A stretch of DNA of 63,253 nt, counting the filler, from Psammoneis japonica (Eukaryota): NCBI GenBank assembly GCA_008632985.1. It is 10 parts of 10 records of this genome, joined end to end, with 100 filler letters (N's around TTAATTAATTAA, not from the genome) between each part and the next. Parts side by side here need not be neighbours in the genome. Positions count along the whole stretch, not along the records: positions 34,240 to 40,804 come from QPGO01000557.1; positions 40,905 to 46,713 come from QPGO01000560.1; positions 46,814 to 52,295 come from QPGO01000561.1; 7 more parts are not named here. One strand, given 5' to 3'. Of the stretch, positions 37,701-47,849 are shown in pieces (position 1 is the stretch's first letter; each line of letters opens with the position of its first letter). The notes below the pieces were generated by a model. The model had not been told where the DNA came from and did no database searches. It saw nothing but the letters and a program-made list of their open reading frames with translations. The position numbers and the translations under genes were made by a program.

Positions 37701-39856
37701 AGTGCATTCCCAATGGGCCTGAATTCGTTGTCGCAATGAATGCGTGTGACCTTCAAATCGGCCTTGTTGTAGACTCGCAGCACATCTTCCAGAGCTTCTT
37801 GATGAGTTGGTTGGGTCAAGTCCTTGAGCGGTTGTGCCGTGTGATAAAAAATGTTTCGTGACACTGTGGTGAGGAATGGCAATCCATTCACCTTGAGGCC
37901 ATCCAGGCAAAGAGTGACCTTGTGCTGTGCTGCAATGAGCTCCTTCGGGATCTCTGTGCAGTCTTCTACAACTGGGTCTGGCTTCTGCCTTGTTGCCTTG
38001 CCTTTTCGACTTCCAATGTCTGGTCCAAAAATCTTCTCGGCCAAATCTACGTCCTCCATTGTGATGGGATTGTTCTTGATGCTGTTCATGCGAATGATGG
38101 CCTTCAGATCGTTCACGGTTGGGTTTCCCAACGCTTGCAATGGTTCCCCAGCCCTCTTGGCTTTCTTGAACTGTCGTGGAGTGTAGAACTTCTTGTTCTC
38201 TTCCACACTCTGCACAAATTGGAGCTGAGCTCCAGTGTCATTAATCTTGGGCTTGTAAACGTGCAGCCCTTTTCCGTCCTCCTCGAACCCAACCTTCTTG
38301 TTGGGGAGATGAACGGTGAATGCGTTGTCTTGCTTAGAATCACTTGTGATTCTGTGCTTCTTCTTCATGTCAGAGCAAGCAAAAATGTTGGTGATTGCAT
38401 CTGGGTTAAACCAAGTCTCACCAAACCCTGGCACTGTGGCCTTGTGTGTCGTGACCAGGACTCCGCCATTGGTGTGCAAACGCATGGCTTCATCCGACGG
38501 ACGGATGTCTGCAACGAGCTTCTCATTGCAGAAGATTGTGGTTGTGGACTGGTTGTCCAATAAAATCCAGTCTCTCATGCTGCCAGATTGATCCTGGTAG
38601 AGAGATGCATCGATGTGCGTGCCAGCCCATCCTGAAACAGCAGATTTTGTTCCAGTGGATTCTTTGGCAGAAGAGTTGGCTGCACTGGCATCGTCACTTG
38701 CTTGAGCGTTGCTTGCTTCTTGCTTGGCTTTGGCCTTGTTGATGGCCCATTCTGCTTGAGGTTTTCCTTTCCTTTCCCAGCAATTTTTGGAATTGTGTCC
38801 AGCCTTGCCACAGCAGCAACACTTGCCTTCTAACTGAGCGAAGGACAGCGCAATTTCTTGGTTTTCTTCTTGTTTCTTGGAGTCAGAGTTGTTGTTTCGA
38901 TTGTTCCTGTTACGGTGGTTGTCAGGCTGACCAACGTAGTCAAAAGTGTGGTTGCTCAACACCGTGTTGGCTTCCGTAACAGACTTGGGATGTTGGTCGT
39001 TCTTGAGGGACTGCTGAGTGTTCAATCCTGTTAGAATTGATCCGCACTTGCACTGATCTGCATTCTCCAAGTGCATGTAACCCATCAATTGGCTGAATGC
39101 CTTTTCTTGACACTTCTTGATGGCATCCGCATTGTGCTCGTCACATTCTGACATGCCTTGCACTGCCTTGGTGAGGACAATTGGTCCTCCAATGTGAGAC
39201 TTCATGATGTCCCTTGCAACCCTGAATCTCTTGGTGCAATCTTGGAGACTCTCCTTCTCCTTCTGCTTGGTTTCTAGCACTGCTCTCATTGAATCTGAGA
39301 TGATGGCCATGTCATGCCTGTGCTCTTGGCAGTTCAATGCATGCTCCTTAATGGCCTTGAGCAACTCGACAGGATCGTTTTCAATTTTGGCTTGGAAGTC
39401 GGTTCTTGCTTGAATCTTGTTCTTCATGGCCTTGGAGCATCTCTCCCAGAGCAAAGCACAAGCCTTGACAAGGTTGTTCTCATGAGTTTGGGTCCTCTTA
39501 ATGTGAGCATCAAATTCTGTCTTGAACTCAATTTCATGCTGTTTGTTCAATGGCACGTCCACCTTGTCATCTCCAGTCAAGCTGACCTGCAAAGTCGGCT
39601 TCTTAGAACTCATGTCACATGGAGTGAAAGTGTTGAGTGCAGTTGCAATGTCATTTCCAAACTCATGAGTCTTCTTGATGTAGTTGATGATGAACTCAGC
39701 AGCAATCTGAAAATCAGATGCTTGCTTGGCACTTCCAACATGATGGACATGATCATTGATGCCCTTGTTGCTTTGCTTGCCACTCTTGTTGCCCCTTCCT
39801 GAGGGTCCTCTTCCTTGGCTTCTATTGCCATTTCTGCCTTTGCCTCTTCCACTCAT
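34712..39856 (-). CDS. Copia gag-pol polyprotein, open but heavily Tyr-to-Cys/His substituted
   Basis: Zn knuckle CCCCGKAGHNSKNC, protease WILLDNQST, integrase IHCDNEF and HVPEAERNNR, RT ADIPNAFVQ and TWHVDD, RNase H WHTDAAFAVH and SSTEAE. The first ATG is at 39856. Confidence 0.93.
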   Translation of the reverse strand: MSGRGKGRNGNRSQGRGPSGRGNKSGKQSNKGINDHVHHVGSAKQASDFQIAAEFIINYIKKTHEFGNDIATALNTFTPCDMSSKKPTLQVSLTGDDKVDVPLNKQHEIEFKTEFDAHIKRTQTHENNLVKACALLWERCSKAMKNKIQARTDFQAKIENDPVELLKAIKEHALNCQEHRHDMAIISDSMRAVLETKQKEKESLQDCTKRFRVARDIMKSHIGGPIVLTKAVQGMSECDEHNADAIKKCQEKAFSQLMGYMHLENADQCKCGSILTGLNTQQSLKNDQHPKSVTEANTVLSNHTFDYVGQPDNHRNRNNRNNNSDSKKQEENQEIALSFAQLEGKCCCCGKAGHNSKNCWERKGKPQAEWAINKAKAKQEASNAQASDDASAANSSAKESTGTKSAVSGWAGTHIDASLYQDQSGSMRDWILLDNQSTTTIFCNEKLVADIRPSDEAMRLHTNGGVLVTTHKATVPGFGETWFNPDAITNIFACSDMKKKHRITSDSKQDNAFTVHLPNKKVGFEEDGKGLHVYKPKINDTGAQLQFVQSVEENKKFYTPRQFKKAKRAGEPLQALGNPTVNDLKAIIRMNSIKNNPITMEDVDLAEKIFGPDIGSRKGKATRQKPDPVVEDCTEIPKELIAAQHKVTLCLDGLKVNGLPFLTTVSRNIFYHTAQPLKDLTQPTHQEALEDVLRVYNKADLKVTRIHCDNEFRPIGNALEDKFDLKVNCTNAQEHVPEAERNNRVIQERARAVHHQLPFKHLPKLMVEVMVTEAAKKLNCFPAKHGVSKHCSPRMILHQKNLDYDKSCKITFGTCVQAHNDPDPKNTQESRTLDCICLRPTDSNQIGHELLHLQTGKKITRRKVTPVPITPAIIKQVHHLAEMNKMPNGLKIQNRTGTVLCDGAWLAGVDCDEDQFEDKDCDLEEDIETEDDEEEELGWGDCDRVSQEELQDIVREQELDEEASYISEQQDETQEETSNDEHLGDNDEVGSQPSDGSGISQEIDDMIDHIDEQQRLEQEKEHSLEVQEIIDEMKDLESDDESGEEQSETKESVQEEPVATSRAGRTLKPPVRLGDCQCHLQTQAHSQEEACSLETARIMAMTMCQWNKKVSTISTDEEAHQFIQTCSLARGLQKFGEEGHKSAVSELKQIHDRVVFKPICIKDMTPLERKRAMESLMFLTEKRDGRIKSRLCANGSTQRECMDRDETASPTASTESVLIAGVIDAKQGRDVMMADIPNAFVQTDIEVKDEKIIMKISGRMVDMLLELDPDTCQDCVVHEGKHKVLYVEMLKALYGMLVSSILCCKKFRRDIEGIGFEIGPHDPCVANHIVNGKQHTVTWHVDDLKSSHVDSKVNDEFKIWLDKTCADEIGKVKVTRGKRHDCLAITLDCSIPGALQVDMVLHVQEMVKEFFKKFPEELSGDVDCPWSEKLNKVDETAKKLDLKHAQAFCTFVMKGMFVCKRARQDIQPGIASLSTRVKDLSESDWPKLVRLMNFLKTTQLDVAVMSAGDKVVIEWHTDAAFAVHPDCKSHTGSTMTLGKGVIASVSTKQKINTRSSTEAEIIAGDDVLEKVLWTKRFVEAQGFEVERNIMHRDNQSCMKLEQNGKASSGKRTRHFNIKHFYITDLIKRGELEIKFCPTDKMMADCMTKPVVGKKFISDRQAIMNIQVPEMVKFGNGKNRVVGQQECVGNGELKVQTPKLDGAKKTHAPALMCST

Positions 39857-39958
39857 GACAAAAAGGCAAAGCAGCAAAACATCTCACACACCGTGTGGAT
39901 GACTCTTTTCTTTCTCACTTTCTTTTCACAGCTCTCAGCTGGATTGTTCTCTTTCAAC

Positions 39959-40196
39959 TGTTGTAATTTATCCTTCTGGCAACCATTTCAGAGCCACCTC
40001 AGTCCTCTAAGGTCTGATCCTGAGGCTAAAATAGACAAGCTTGTCATCACAATGCTTTCTAAGAGTCAAAAGAGAATGATGACTGCTTTCATCGGCAGTT
40101 TCAGTGCCTCACGTAGAGCACATGAGCACTGGCGCATGCGTCTTCTTCGCGCCATCTAATTTCGGTGTTTGAACTTTTAATTCACCATTTCCAACA
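39959..40196 (-). repeat. 5' LTR (238 bp)
   Basis: Partner of 34562-34799. Confidence 0.97.
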
Positions 40197-41423
40197 GAAG
40201 GTGATGCGTGGTTTTATTCGACAGAGAAACGAGCCATGGCAATTGTGATGGCTTACATTGAGTCTTGCAGATGCAAGGCAGTTTATAACACAGAAACATG
40301 TGACTCATTTGCCTCATCTGCTAAGCCTGTGCAACACATTTAGATGTTAAAGTCGGGGCAAATTATGCACAATGCCAAGTCTCCAAAAACAGCACAAGAG
40401 TGCAAGCCCAAAAGAAGAATTGGCTTTGCAACTTGTCATGGGAGTGTAGAGCTTGTTTTTCTGGGGCATCATGTCTCTGTTGTTTTCATGGAGTGGACAT
40501 TCGCTGGTGTTGTTGCCGCCAACGTGCGAGTTCGCCTTGACAACATGTTGCACTGTATTCTGAGAGTTTGGAATGAAAAAACAACTTGCACTTGCATTGT
40601 TCTGTCACAACAGAAATGTGTGAGCTGTCCCTGGCCCTTTTGGAGAAATGGGGCAAGTGAAAGAGGAGCTACAGAAAGACACGGACGACGCCATTTTGAT
40701 GGATTGTCGTCAGGTGGTGTGTCGAGAGGAGTCGTGATGGAGTGCCGCTTTGTGTTTTTGCACTGCGTCCATGTGGGAATGTACGTGCTTGGCTCTCGTG
40801 TAGTNNNNNNNNNNNNNNNNNNNNNNNNNNNNNNNNNNNNNNNNNNNNTTAATTAATTAANNNNNNNNNNNNNNNNNNNNNNNNNNNNNNNNNNNNNNNN
40901 NNNNTTCTTTCGGGGTGTTCTGTCAGACTTTTGAATTGGCACATACACACATTAGAGGCACAAGCAAATTTAATGATATGTTGAAGCCTCAGAGACCCAC
41001 ATAAATTTATGTTCTATGTAGACCGCGTAGATTGTGTACCGGCGGAAAATCCACCGCCTGTCAACTCATCAGCAGTAATTCTACGCAAATTCTACTTACA
41101 CCTCACACACGCACACACGCCTGCACAGTCTAATAACCACGCACTACGTGCGTGAGAATTCTTCATCACTGTGCAGAAGACTCCACTGTCATCCCATGTA
41201 AGCAGAGTAGTCGCAGTACAGGGCTCGCTGATCTAATTGAAATCGCGCAGCGCACACATCAAGTTGCGCGCAGACTTTGGCGGCCACAGAAGGAGGAAAG
41301 GTGGTGCTGGGTGGGCGGGCACACGATTGATGGAAAGGGTGATGGGATGATGTGGGCAAGGAGGGGGGCAGCAGAGCAAGGTGACAGGCTTGTTGCTGTG
41401 GTGTGGCAAATGTTGAGTGTTGG

Positions 41424-44400
41424 TGCAGCATGCAGTATGCGACTGTTATATGCATATTCATAATTATATATTATTTATATATCAATCGTACCACAGTCGT
41501 GGATGCGTACAAAGGACAGAACGATCACACAGAGTTGAAAATTGCAAATACGATCGATTGACGATGTTGACATCTTACGTGTCAATAGCAATCGTATTCG
41601 GACAATCTGTTGTCACGAATATATTCTCCGAAAGGCCTTTTGTCTGCAGAAGCAGTGCAGAAACTTTAGGCCATTGAGAACTCGTTCGGAGAAACCAAAA
41701 ATCACAGAGCAAAATTTAATCTCATAATTTTCACTTTTCATACTTGATTCTACTTTTGTTCATGCTCGTTCTTCGAGCATGGTGCATTGTGTGTACACAC
41801 CACAGAAGGTAAAAACACGGAAAATGAAAATTTTAACTAATGTGCCTTTGTAAATTCTTCCATGAGCAGGTGTGAAATGCTTCAGTTCTGCTGGAATCAA
41901 TTTCTGAGCGGAAGCAGCTCAATCTGAGCAGTACCTCAAGATGGAACCTTATTTTTCGTCTACAAGACAAGAGGATTTGTTCTAATACGATCCATTCCAA
42001 GTGTCCCAGGACCAAGGACTGTACAAGAGCACAGCATTATCGAAGTGTCCACACCAAGTCATGGTTGGATAGAATTTCAAGTCTTGAGTCGATCAGGTCC
42101 GAGAAATACATCTACTGTTCAAGGAGAGACTATTGGAGAGTTTTATGAGACCAAATTGATGAGCCTCGAGTCCAAAGGGCAGGAAGGAACCATTGGAAAG
42201 TACCTCAAGAGTCTCTTATCTCATGTCTTTCCAAGAATTGCACTTCAGAATCAGAACCATTATTTTCAAGATGATCTGAAGAAACCAGAGCTGCTTAGTC
42301 TAACAGCAAGAAAGCCTCTGTTGGACCCAAGAGGTCAATGAAGAGCGTCCACATGACCCTTCAATTGATTCTAAGTTGAATCTAGCGGGAAACCGAGCCG
42401 TGAGCTATCAGCTATCACTCGCACCGCAAGGATGGCAGCATCAGCCTACTGTCCAAAACACTGAACTGTTGGAACTTACCTTTGACGAGCTGATTGAGTT
42501 TTGAGTCGTCTAGAAGTCGTTCATGACGTCTATGACAATGAACCATATCAAATCAGGCTCTGATAGCGGAATTGATTCCAAAACCAAAATGGTTCCAAAT
42601 TTGGTTCCAAAAATGGTCTCCTGTATGGTGCCTGAATAATCCAAAGTGAACAAAAGGTGCAATCTTTGAAAAAAGAACACCTGCATCACGGATTGAAGCT
42701 ATTCTGAAAATGAACTAGTGAAAGAACGCCGTGGACACATTGAGCGTGATCCGAAATGGCGCTGTTCAAATGGCAATCGCACGTGGCATCGCGATGACGA
42801 AAATGCCGCTCGCAAAAAGGAGTTGAACGTCATGAATGATCAGACAGTTCAAAAAAAAAAACTCAAAGCGAGTTCCTCGAACAAAGAAAAAGAGCATAAG
42901 GGCAAAGAATTGGATTCTGATGCCCTCAGTGAAGAAAATTACCAATTTGATCGGATGATCCAGAGTGAATCCGAGGAATAATTTGGGTCTATTCAAGAAT
43001 TATATGCTCTACTGGATATTAGGAAGCCTAGAAAAAAGGCAGAAATAATTCGTGCTAGTCCAGGAGTCATCATTTATATGAACACTTCCTTGGGAAAGGA
43101 GAGAAAAAAGCATCTACGTGTTCCTATCGACAACGGAACATCGTCAACCACAATTTTGCGCAAATTTGTGCGAAAGTTGAGAACACAAGAATCCGCCACC
43201 AAAAACTTGGAAAACCAAGGGTGAGCTCTTTACGACTGACAGTAAATGCCGAATTCAGTTCTCACTGTGCGAATTTAAGACATGCTGATGTTCAAACAGC
43301 ACATGTTGACAACAACAATTCTTCTTCAAGTCCATGTGATGTGATCATGAGACGCGACTTAATGTCCAGTCTTGAAATCACAGTGGACTTGCAAATGAAG
43401 AAATCAAAAAGGAAGAAGCAACTGCATCTATGAAGAATGTTGATCCACTCTTCGAAACCGATGTTTCCAGCGACGTCGTGAATAGAGTTAATGACGGAAC
43501 CAATGGTCCTCGACTCACATTGTCTCACGCTGCTAATCTCAACAATGTGACAGCTGCGGCAACTTATCTGACTCCAGAGGAGCAGAAGCTATTGATCTTC
43601 CCTTTGAAAAGATTTAAATCTCTTTTCGATGGTTCTCTAGGCGAGTGAATCGGAAAACCTCGCAGTGAAAGCTGGCTCGAAACCGCATCACGCGAAAGGT
43701 TTCCTGTTTCCACAAGCCTTGGAGGCAACTCGTAAGGAGATTGAAAGGCTCTGTAAGCTAAAAGTCCTAAAGGAAAATAAACTGTTCTGAATGGACAGCT
43801 CCAACCTTTAAAAAATAGAAAAATGGTCGAAGCTCGGTTTCTGTCCGACTTTCGTGAACTGAATAAGAGGCCAGCACGCATGCCGTATCCTCCACCAAAT
43901 ATTCAGAACACACTTCAGAAACTAGAAGGGTTCATATATATGACCTTACTCAATTTGAATGTGGGACACTGTCACATCAAATTTAAAAAGCACATGTCGT
44001 GCCAACACGAAAATCATGCCGTGGGGAGAAAATAAGTGCTATGGACTTCCTATGAGAAGCTATAGAGCCCCAGATATTTTTAAACAACACATGAGTGAAC
44101 TCATAACAGGTTTGAAGTTGTCAGAACGACTGTATATGATCATTTATGCCTGACAAAAAGTGACTTCAAAATATCACCTGTACAAGTGACAGCTTAATAC
44201 GGCATTCAAACGACTAGAACAGTTGCTTAGAAGGTTAACAACAAAAGTCCTTCACTGTTTAACTTGAAATAAACTATGAAGACTTCCATGCATAACGACA
44301 TGCATTCGATTACAAAGAAAATGGAGGTGATTCAAACAATCGCAACACGAGAAAAACGTAAAGAACACTACGACATCTCATCGTTATATGTCACTGCTAT

Positions 44401-46348
44401 CGAGACATGTAGTCTCAACGATCTCCTGTACAATGCTAGCCAGATTCACCTCAATGAAGGTCAAATGGCAAAAGTACAAGTACGGAATGAAAAGTCTCCG
44501 AAAATATGGAGCGTATCAAATCAAAAACTATGTTGTTGTCATACACGAATTTCAACATTATACGTTACAACGGAAAAAAGAACTTCTGTCCATATTGAAA
44601 ACACTTATAAAATTCCGAAATATGCTGTTTGGCCAACAGATTAATATACACACGGATTATAAGACACAACGGACAAAGTCATACGTTGGTGACTTACAAT
44701 AGAAAACTTCAGTCCCGAAATATAAAATGCATCGAGGGCAAGGCGAATGTCATCGCGATACTGTCGATCGACACGATCAGCCGACTTACTATAAAAAAAA
44801 TTGAATCCTACAACAATGTCCTACCGTTAAAACGGGATAAAGACATTTCCCTCCAAATTGTCGGACGCGACACATCATACGAACACTTTTCGTGGAGGCG
44901 AGCGAGATCTAAAAATGCTCATGTCATAAGGATAAAATCGCCTTATTAAATTACGGTTAGAAAAAAACTCTGTGACAGATTGGTACACGACATTACAGCA
45001 CCCACTTCACACTGGCAAAAGACAATCTCACAAACACCCGTACGGTTGTACTGTACAATGTATGAGGCAAGACATAAATAACTTATCATGTCGACACACG
45101 AGATGTGCCAAAGATTCAGAAAAAAAGAAAAGAAAAATGGACATTTATCCACTAGTGCACGAAAGCAGTGCCTTCGGAATGACAAAATGACACTGGCATG
45201 TCAGAAAGAAACGTCCAAATAACGATTAAAATCCAACTGATAGATGGTTGAAGTACAAAAAATCCATAATGGAATTCATAACCATCACAGGATTGATTGT
45301 CAAGACGAAATGGTCATATCCTTGACCATCGTTAATTACCACTTAAGAAACGTGGTAGTGCAGCAGAGCAATGTAGCACATGATATGAAGTGAGCCCACC
45401 AAACTGCACGAAATCCACAAGCAAGTAAGTGAACGCCAATTAAGAGCGTACACATCGAGTGCTGGGCAAAATGCTATGTACAATCGACACCATGAAAGAA
45501 CAGCAGGACAATTGGTCCTTGTGTTCACATGAATAAAAGAACGTCAGAGAGAATGCTTGACGCAATACCACATATATAGAGAGAGAGCATGAGACAAAAG
45601 ACATGCTGGAACATTATCAGCAGTAGCATTTGCAGTACGTTCTACGTATCATACTACTGCGCAAGCTACACCTGGACAATTAGTCTTCAGAGACATAACA
45701 TTTAACATCCAACATGTCACAGACTGGAAATTCATCCAGCAGCGCAAACAAAAAATCATAAATAAAAATAACGCTTGAGAAAATACTCGATGTACTCCTT
45801 ACATGTACAGAATAGGAGAAAAGACACTGCTCAAGAAAGACTTGCAGAAAATGGAACGGCCCTATGCTGGCCTATATATATAAAACAATGACAGTCATTG
45901 CTAATGGCACAATGCAGTTGACGTGGAGACATTGTTGACACTGTCAATGTCCTTCGAATTATTCCACTTAACGAATAACTCTAATGTGCAATTAGGGAGG
46001 CAAATGCAGCATGCGACTGTTATAGGCATATTCATAATTATGTGTTATTTACATGTCAATCGTACCACCGTCATGGATGCGTACAAAGGACAGAATGATC
46101 ACACAGAGTTGATCGGATGTCGAAAATTGCAAATACGATCGATTGACGATGTTGACATCTTACGTGTCAATAGCAATCGTATTCAGACAATCTGTTGTCA
46201 CGAATATATTCTCCGAAAGGCCTTTTGTCTGTAGAAGCAGTGCAGAAACTTTAGGCCATTGAGAACTCGTTCGGAGAAACCGAAAATCACAGAGCAAAAT
46301 TTAATCTCATAATTTTCACTTTTCATACTTGATTCTACTTTCGTTTAT
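41424..46348 (+). mobile_element. Decayed Ty3/Gypsy LTR retrotransposon
   Basis: Direct repeats of about 330 bp (about 41430-41763 and 46005-46348) with the PPT AGGGAGGCAAA before the second. Fragments occur in PR-RT-RH-IN order: IDNGTS; RFLSDFRELNKR..PYP..LQKLEGF; KELLSILKTL..FRNMLFG..HTDY; AFAVRSTYHTT..ATPGQLVF. Many frameshifts. Confidence 0.9.
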
Positions 46349-47849
46349 TCGTGCCCTATGTATGTACTAAGCGCTGAAAAAGAAGATGTGTTATGACTTT
46401 GTCGTTGTGAAAATTATGAGCTAGTTTAGAGTAGAGAAAATGGGATCGTGCGAATAGGGAATCTTGCCAAATCCCTATTCGTTCGCATTTGGATCGTATC
46501 AAATCGATCGTGCGTTCGCATTATGGATCGTGCGAATCAAGCCATCACGCGCTATGCACGAGTGATGTCATCGTGTGGAATCACGCTACCATCGTGGGCC
46601 AGACGACGGGCTAGTGTGCTTCACACGGATGCTCTCTTAGCATCCTTCTGGAATTGCCTAAGACCTAGAGCCACGCCCTCCTGTGGTCGTGCTTCCCAGG
46701 TACGTGTTAACAANNNNNNNNNNNNNNNNNNNNNNNNNNNNNNNNNNNNNNNNNNNNTTAATTAATTAANNNNNNNNNNNNNNNNNNNNNNNNNNNNNNN
46801 NNNNNNNNNNNNNAAGGACCAATGTGATGGATCTGCACACCTCCTGTGCAGCCCTCCAGTCACCCAAAGTCACTCTCTTTTCATTGTGTGACACCAGCAT
46901 AAACAGGAGGGAGAGGCTGGCACAGCACATGCAAAACTTGGCAACATCAAATCATCCTTTCCACTGCAGTGCACCCCCAGTGAGGAGCTTTTTGCTGCTG
47001 AAACAAAAATGTTGCTGCAGCAAGAGTTGGTCCAGCAGTGCAGGGTCAGCTGACTCAAGCAGGGCTTGGGCAAAAATGTGAGCTTTGTGCCTCAAAGCTG
47101 TGGCAATCTCCTTTGCCCCTTTTGTCACAGTGCTGCCTCTGCACATTTCTTTGTGGAGGGTTGTTCTCCTTTGGTTTTGGCCAATTGCATGTGGGTGTGA
47201 CATGTGCAGCTGGCAAAATGTGGGAACAGCTGCAGAACGTGGATTTTGCAGGTTTGAAAAGCTGGTGGCTCACTCTGCGTGTGCTGTGTGTGAGTCAAAT
47301 TTTCTTCTGTGGGCTTGTTGCATGATTTGGAGGGAGCCCTCATGCTTCTCGCATGCAGCTGGCAACTGGCAACATGGGAGAACAGCTGCAGAATGTGGGT
47401 TTTGCAGGTTTGAAAAGCTGGCATTTCACTTCATCTGGGACGCCAATAATCTGGGTCTGACAGTCTGCCACAATCTGGGCATTTGTTGACTTCAATCCCA
47501 GATTATTGTCAACTTATGAGCCAAGTCTTTCCCCAAAGATAACATGAGAACTACATGAGTTTATAAGCTTCTAAAGCCTGAATCGCTTCCCACTTTTAAG
47601 TGTGATCATTCTTTGCACACAATGGTGACCTACACCCCAATTGACATTTGTGGTTTCTTGTTCCTTAAACACATTTGTTTCCACTTATAATCCACACTCC
47701 TTGTCTGCCATTTCATCCTACATTTCATCTCTTTGCCATGTTGTTTTCAAATCCAAATGTCCAACTGCCACACGTTTTTGTATCTAAACCGCTTTGCAGA
47801 AAGTTTTTTTTTCATTTTTCCAGATTTTATCGTTTGCTGCAATTTACTT

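Larger units (their letters stand above)
34562..40196 (-). mobile_element. Full-length 5635-bp Ty1/Copia LTR retrotransposon
   Basis: Two 238-bp LTRs bounded by TGTTG...CAACA, a 5-bp TSD GAAGG at 34557-34561 and 40197-40201, a PPT-like CAGGAGTG, and a single gag-PR-IN-RT-RH ORF. Confidence 0.98.

Noticed and set aside
34712..39877. Alternative genetic code (Cys/His codons read as Tyr)
   Set aside because: Host genes use TAY for Tyr normally, and non-coding LTRs and satellites show the same TA changes.
34562..40196. ADAR-type RNA editing or classical RIP as the cause
   Set aside because: Both Tyr-to-Cys and Tyr-to-His occur in one ORF, implying both strands, and non-retro repeats are affected. 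RIP would enrich TA and add stops.
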